Below, in pieces: positions 15,898 to 20,000 of a DNA stretch of 20,000 nt. The notes under the pieces are model-generated. The model saw only the letters and a list, made by a program, of their open reading frames with translations. It had not been told where the DNA came from and did no database searches. The stretch lies in IMG/VR virus record IMGVR_UViG_3300021185_002094; one strand, written 5' to 3'. The translations under genes were made by a program, and so were the position numbers. This DNA is from an uncultured virus (IMG/VR IMGVR_UViG_3300021185_002094) (Duplodnaviria; Heunggongvirae; Uroviricota; Caudoviricetes). Each line of letters begins with the position of its first letter. Within the stretch, counting starts at the first letter, position 1.

Positions 15898-16268
15898 TAA
15901 ATTTCCCTTAATACTTTAATAATATATTGATCCATAGGTATATCTACCCACTGATCTTCTCTTAAATAGTTTAAAAATACTAAAAAGGGTTTTAGATACG
16001 GGTAGTGAATTTGCTCTACCTTAAATTCTATCATCTTATTAGCATTTTCAATACCGAATACGTTATATATTACAATAAGATGATTTAATATTAATCGTTC
16101 TTGTAAATCATCATGTAACTCATAACGACTTAATAATCGTTTTACATATTTAAATCTGTTTAAGTCCTCTTCAAATTCTTCTACTTCAATACATTCTGGA
16201 TTGTTATAGTTGTTCATTGCAAAGAGCTTAAAGTTCTTATTAGTCAGTGTGTCAAATATTTTCATCAT
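15897..16268 (-). CDS. Conserved T4-like hypothetical protein
   Basis: 123 aa; YNNPEC...EFEEDLNRFKYVKRL...RLILNHLIVIYNVFG pattern. Confidence 0.75.
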   Translation of the reverse strand: MMKIFDTLTNKNFKLFAMNNYNNPECIEVEEFEEDLNRFKYVKRLLSRYELHDDLQERLILNHLIVIYNVFGIENANKMIEFKVEQIHYPYLKPFLVFLNYLREDQWVDIPMDQYIIKVLREI

Positions 16269-16300
16269 ATATTATATATACTTCCAAAAAAGGCCAGTAG

Positions 16301-17122
16301 TTACTTATTTAAAGTTGGTCCGTTTACCTTAGCCTTATATTTTTTAACAATCTTTTGTACATTTCTATCAGCAAGAAACTTAGTTAAAGAAGCTTCATCA
16401 CCGTAAAATTCTAAAGATGCTGGAGCAGAAGAACCACCATCAAAGCTAGTTACATGCATTTTTTTAATTTTACTAATTAGTTTATCCATCTGATCCATTT
16501 CAGCTTTAGTAAATCCAAAATCATCATTAAACTTATTAGAACTATTACCTTTAACTACTTCGATAGATGCTCTGGCTTCGTGTCCTCTACGATTTTTATC
16601 TTTATAGTTTTTCATGTCCCTAACATCTTCTTGAACATCTTCACTTTTTGCTTTATAGTTCTTGTCTACATAGTTAAAGAATTCTTTTCTTTTTTCTTTA
16701 TCTAATTCAGCAGGTGATTTTGCACCAAACTTTTTCAAAGCCTTTGCAAAGAAAAGTTTATACTTCTCTTCTTCGGAAAGTTTAGCCTCTTCTTGAGATT
16801 CTTCTTCCTCATGTTTGGTTTCTTTAACTACTGTACCATCCATATCTTTCTCGCCAGAAGCTTTAACTTTATGTAAAGCTTTAAAATCTTTCTCACCCTT
16901 TGCTCTAGGCTCTTCAGGCGATTCATTTTTTGGCTTGTCGTGAGTATAACCTTTCTTAGAAAGTTCTTTATGGTCTTTCTCATTTTTAGCTACTTTCTTC
17001 TCACCAGTTTCGGGATGAAACATATCGTGAGGATATTTAGCCTCTTCTTTTTTTACTTTACCCTCTACTACATCTTTTACAGTTGCAGCAATGTCCAGGG
17101 TTACTTTATCATTTAATTTCAT
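16301..17122 (-). CDS. K/E-rich modular protein, probable virion internal protein
   Basis: 273 aa; GGAGG RBS; short modules separated by EE-rich linkers. Confidence 0.65.
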   Translation of the reverse strand: MKLNDKVTLDIAATVKDVVEGKVKKEEAKYPHDMFHPETGEKKVAKNEKDHKELSKKGYTHDKPKNESPEEPRAKGEKDFKALHKVKASGEKDMDGTVVKETKHEEEESQEEAKLSEEEKYKLFFAKALKKFGAKSPAELDKEKRKEFFNYVDKNYKAKSEDVQEDVRDMKNYKDKNRRGHEARASIEVVKGNSSNKFNDDFGFTKAEMDQMDKLISKIKKMHVTSFDGGSSAPASLEFYGDEASLTKFLADRNVQKIVKKYKAKVNGPTLNK

Positions 17123-17134
17123 GTTTTCCTCCTG

Positions 17135-17434
17135 TTAGTGCATGAAAAGCATTCCTGTAATCCCTGTGGCTGCTGCCGCGATGACTACCCAGAATATCTT
17201 GTTGATAACATTTACTGTTGAAGCATTCTGCCTCACCAAATCTTCTAATCTATCTACTCTATTTATAAGAGTTAATATCTGTTGCCCTTGTTGTTTACCA
17301 AAATCAGTAAGAGTTATAATCTTTTCTTCTGCACGGGCTAAAGCTATAATAGCCTCAGACATCTGATCTATTTTTTGTTCTATTCTATCCAGACGAGCTG
17401 ATTGTTCAGCTCTTTGTTCTGCTGCTGTTGCCAT
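17135..17434 (-). CDS. Coiled-coil protein with C-terminal TM helix (XhlA/holin-like architecture)
   Basis: Start reassigned to ATG 17434. RLDRIEQKIDQM...IFWVVIAAAATGITGMLF. Confidence 0.65.
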   Translation of the reverse strand: MATAAEQRAEQSARLDRIEQKIDQMSEAIIALARAEEKIITLTDFGKQQGQQILTLINRVDRLEDLVRQNASTVNVINKIFWVVIAAAATGITGMLFMH

Positions 17435-17699
17435 GTTTATAAACCCTGCATTTAAGTGGAGTAACACCCCTGATTAATCTATGGTACTCTTCTCTTTTAA
17501 TGTTAAATACCATTCCTTTTTTTAATAACCATGGTAAACAATCTTGTAATTGAAATTGCCAACCCTCGCCGTCTAATATTTCTATCTCTCTATCTTCTTT
17601 ATCTCTATGCCAAACAAACTCAGCATCTTCCCTTAAAGGATCAAATTCTCTTATGTCCGCATCTTCCCAGTACGGTTTACCAAAAGTAATTTCCACCAC
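17406..17699 (-). CDS. Small cupin (RmlC-like) fold protein
   Basis: WHRDxEDR...GWQFQ...YHRLIRG cupin-type His/Asp/His pattern. Confidence 0.65.
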   Translation of the reverse strand: MVEITFGKPYWEDADIREFDPLREDAEFVWHRDKEDREIEILDGEGWQFQLQDCLPWLLKKGMVFNIKREEYHRLIRGVTPLKCRVYKHGNSSRTKS

Positions 17700-18066
17700 C
17701 TGATAATCCTAATTGTTTTGCATAACGAGGTAATCTACATGCCCAATAACCTGATGACATCTTATCTGTTTTTGTATCACAGTTATGTCTGGCTGCAAAG
17801 GAAGCAGCTGCCCCCTTATCGTTAATCTTACTAGTGAGGCCGCCTTTGGCATCACCAAATTCTATTTTCTTTACGTTTCCTGTTTTAGGATTTTTAACGT
17901 AAACCACATATTTCTTTTTACCGCTTGATCTTTTGGGGGAGTTAAGTTCTACATCTCTACCCTGATATTCAGATTCTGTTAGTTCAATCATTGGCTGATC
18001 TAAAGGTACATGCTGACCTTCATAAATTCCGAATCTTTCTTCTATATGTTCTAAGAAACTATGCAT
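17677..18066 (-). CDS. Hypothetical protein, possible internal head protein
   Basis: N-terminus MHSFLEHIEE; VKKIEFGD...SFAARHNC...YWAC domain. Confidence 0.7.
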   Translation of the reverse strand: MHSFLEHIEERFGIYEGQHVPLDQPMIELTESEYQGRDVELNSPKRSSGKKKYVVYVKNPKTGNVKKIEFGDAKGGLTSKINDKGAAASFAARHNCDTKTDKMSSGYWACRLPRYAKQLGLSGGGNYFW

Positions 18067-18067
18067 T

Positions 18068-18736
18068 TTATTTCCTTTGACTCTTTATCCACTTTTGAGC
18101 TATTGAATTCTCGGGTGGTTTAGATGCCCATCTTTTTATATCTTTATACGCTTCTAATGTTGAGGTGTCTATATTGGCACCTGTAGAATTATCTACTACG
18201 GTCATTCTATTACGAAACAGCCCTTGAAACTTACCAATGTTCTTTTGAACATCTTTCCACATTTTTTCTACTTGATCCGCAGGTAACACACGAGGTCTGG
18301 ATTTATTTCTTTGTTGCGCAGTTTCTAAATCTGTATTAACAAAGATCATATGAACTGCGTATCCTATTTCCCTTAACTTATTTACCTGAGTTTTTATTTT
18401 AGTATAGTCTTTTCCCGTACCATCTATAACTACACCTAATCTTCCTATAAGTGCTCTTTCTAATTGTTTACCTGTAATTGCCTTTGCTTTATCTCTAATT
18501 GCTTGACCCTGTACTGAAAATATATCTTCAGGATCCATAGTAAGACCAGCCTTAGTTAATGCATTTTCGTAATTAGTATCTGAATTAATAATCTTAAAAC
18601 CTAAAGAAGCTAAAGAAGTTTTACCCACTACAAAAGACTTACCAGAACCTGGGCCTCCTGCTAGGAATACTGCTTTAAAAATAGAAGGATCATTTACTCC
18701 TTCCATCATTTCTGAATGTTCTCTAAAGTTTATCAT
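18068..18736 (-). CDS. P-loop kinase, zeta-toxin/AAA_33-like
   Basis: AVFLAGGPGSGKS Walker A, INSD, VIDGT Walker B, RNxxRxR lid, VDNS. Confidence 0.8.
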   Translation of the reverse strand: MINFREHSEMMEGVNDPSIFKAVFLAGGPGSGKSFVVGKTSLASLGFKIINSDTNYENALTKAGLTMDPEDIFSVQGQAIRDKAKAITGKQLERALIGRLGVVIDGTGKDYTKIKTQVNKLREIGYAVHMIFVNTDLETAQQRNKSRPRVLPADQVEKMWKDVQKNIGKFQGLFRNRMTVVDNSTGANIDTSTLEAYKDIKRWASKPPENSIAQKWIKSQRK

Positions 18737-19086
18737 TTCTTTAAATCGTACCTAAATGATTTGTTTTTATCTTGGCCTGATTTAGTAATACCATAACCAG
18801 CAATCTTAGCTAGTTGTTGTAATACAGGCCAATTTTTCTCTGGTCTTTTACTTCTACTATTCTTACTCATATCAGATGAAATCTTATTAAATAAAGTTTT
18901 TACCATATCCATATCGTTCATTACTAATGGCGCTTCTTCTAAGTCTTCACTTCGAGCTCTTTTAAAGTCTTGTTTAGTAGGTGCTCCTTTTGAACCTGCC
19001 TTCCTCATTGGTCGGCCTTCCTTTCTTTTCTTATGGATATTGGCCCAAAGACCATTTCCTTCTATGAAATCTTTAAAGTCGCTCAT
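18733..19086 (-). CDS. Basic hypothetical protein, possible internal head protein
   Basis: MSDFKDFIEG followed by a GLWANIHKKRK...GAPTKQDFK module. Confidence 0.7.
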   Translation of the reverse strand: MSDFKDFIEGNGLWANIHKKRKEGRPMRKAGSKGAPTKQDFKRARSEDLEEAPLVMNDMDMVKTLFNKISSDMSKNSRSKRPEKNWPVLQQLAKIAGYGITKSGQDKNKSFRYDLKK

Positions 19087-20000
19087 TTTTTTAATAGTGC
19101 CTTTGCTTTCATTCTATCATGGTATGTAAACTGATAGTTCTTACCATTCTTAGTATCTTTAACAATATAAGTTGTTGGTGTCATCTTAGTAACTTTACCC
19201 ATATACTTAGCACCATCAGCACGATAGTAATCTACTTCTGTACCAACTTTAATTGACTTCTTAGTTTCTGCACCCATTCCGTGTTTTGCAAGAGTTCTAT
19301 AGTTTTCGGCCATATAGTTTTCTACTACCTTTTTAGCCTTTTTCTTTGCAATTGCAATAGCGGCTTGTTGAGCAGGAGATACAGCTTCTTCTTCTTTCAT
19401 ATTTTCTTTTTCTCTTTCATGCTTCTTTTTAATAGTTTCTAATTCTTTTGCATGTTTAAGAGCAAGTTGTGCTTTCTCTTCTGGAGATACTGCTTCGTTA
19501 AAATCATCTTTAATCATCTTACCTACAGTCAAGCCACGTTTAAGATTACCTTTATTATCTACTGCTTTAGGATACATCTTAGCAATTAGATCATTATAAC
19601 CTACAAGGACATTTAAAATATCTGCTCTGATTTCATCTGTACTAATACTTTTGATTACTTTCTTAACTGCACCAAGGTTACCTTGATTAAGAGCTCTTGC
19701 TACTGCTTCGTAATCTTTTTTATCCTGACCTTTTTCTTTCTTTGCAAGTCTTGCCATATTTTTTTGAGCAAGATCTAAATCTTGAGCATAGTCTTCATTA
19801 ACAGATTCATATTTATAAACACCCTTACCATCATCCCAATGGTCATAAAATTTCATAATAGCATTGGCCAATGAAGTGTTATTAACAACACCAAAATTAC
19901 TAACAACGTGTTTATATAAATATGGAATATTCTTTTCGGCTTGTTTTACTGTCATGGCTTTTCTAGGGTCACCATACTTTCCACCCATAGACTTATAAAA
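19083..20000 (-). CDS. Partial (5' end beyond window) K/E-rich modular protein
   Basis: The frame stays open upstream of ATG 19988 to the window edge (FYKSM...). Modules begin after VNE, FNE, EEE and MAE. Confidence 0.7.
   Translation of the reverse strand, partial: FYKSMGGKYGDPRKAMTVKQAEKNIPYLYKHVVSNFGVVNNTSLANAIMKFYDHWDDGKGVYKYESVNEDYAQDLDLAQKNMARLAKKEKGQDKKDYEAVARALNQGNLGAVKKVIKSISTDEIRADILNVLVGYNDLIAKMYPKAVDNKGNLKRGLTVGKMIKDDFNEAVSPEEKAQLALKHAKELETIKKKHEREKENMKEEEAVSPAQQAAIAIAKKKAKKVVENYMAENYRTLAKHGMGAETKKSIKVGTEVDYYRADGAKYMGKVTKMTPTTYIVKDTKNGKNYQFTYHDRMKAKALLKK

Noticed and set aside
16281..16325. Possible terminator before the T-run at 16286-16291
   Set aside because: No convincing stem upstream of the U-tract.
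1603..17366. All plus-strand ORFs in the track (e.g. 1603-1827, 5369-5827, 13860-14342, 17142-17366)
   Set aside because: Antisense shadows of well-supported minus-strand genes, with no recognisable motifs.
7054..19817. Intragenic TATAAATA matches at 7054-7061 and 19810-19817
   Set aside because: Chance matches are expected in AT-rich coding DNA; not supportable without TSS data.
1..20000. Stop-codon reassignment
   Set aside because: Core genes are intact in the standard code, and TAG (4026) and TGA (3488) end genes at natural boundaries.
1..20000. tRNA or other long structured RNA genes
   Set aside because: Intergenic gaps are about 120 bp or less and are explained by promoters; no cloverleaf was seen by eye.

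Overview
AT-rich 20-kb fragment of a T4-like (myovirus) phage genome, most like uncultivated marine T4-like phages. The spanin pair implies a Gram-negative host. All credible genes are on the minus strand. In transcription order (right to left): (i) a block of charged, modular, probably capsid-internal proteins, including a zeta-toxin-like P-loop kinase, plus a cupin and a coiled-coil/TM protein; (ii) an Rz/Rz1-like spanin pair coupled to a class 3 lipase; (iii) class Ia ribonucleotide reductase nrdA and nrdB separated by an M15A peptidase, then glutaredoxin, a Zn-ribbon and a stand-alone GIY-YIG; (iv) RNase H, pyrimidine-dimer glycosylase-like, FmdB-like, PhoH, PD-(D/E)XK exonuclease and peroxiredoxin; (v) a small-gene operon (T4 30.2-like HAD hydrolase, MazG-like, ArfA-like basic peptide, two TTG-start genes missing from the ORF track) behind a promoter carrying three phased 11-bp TGTTACA repeats; (vi) a partial tail-fibre/adhesin-like gene. 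Four similar sigma70-type promoters and several T4-late-type boxes are visible. Family calls come from motif recognition only; no searches were run.
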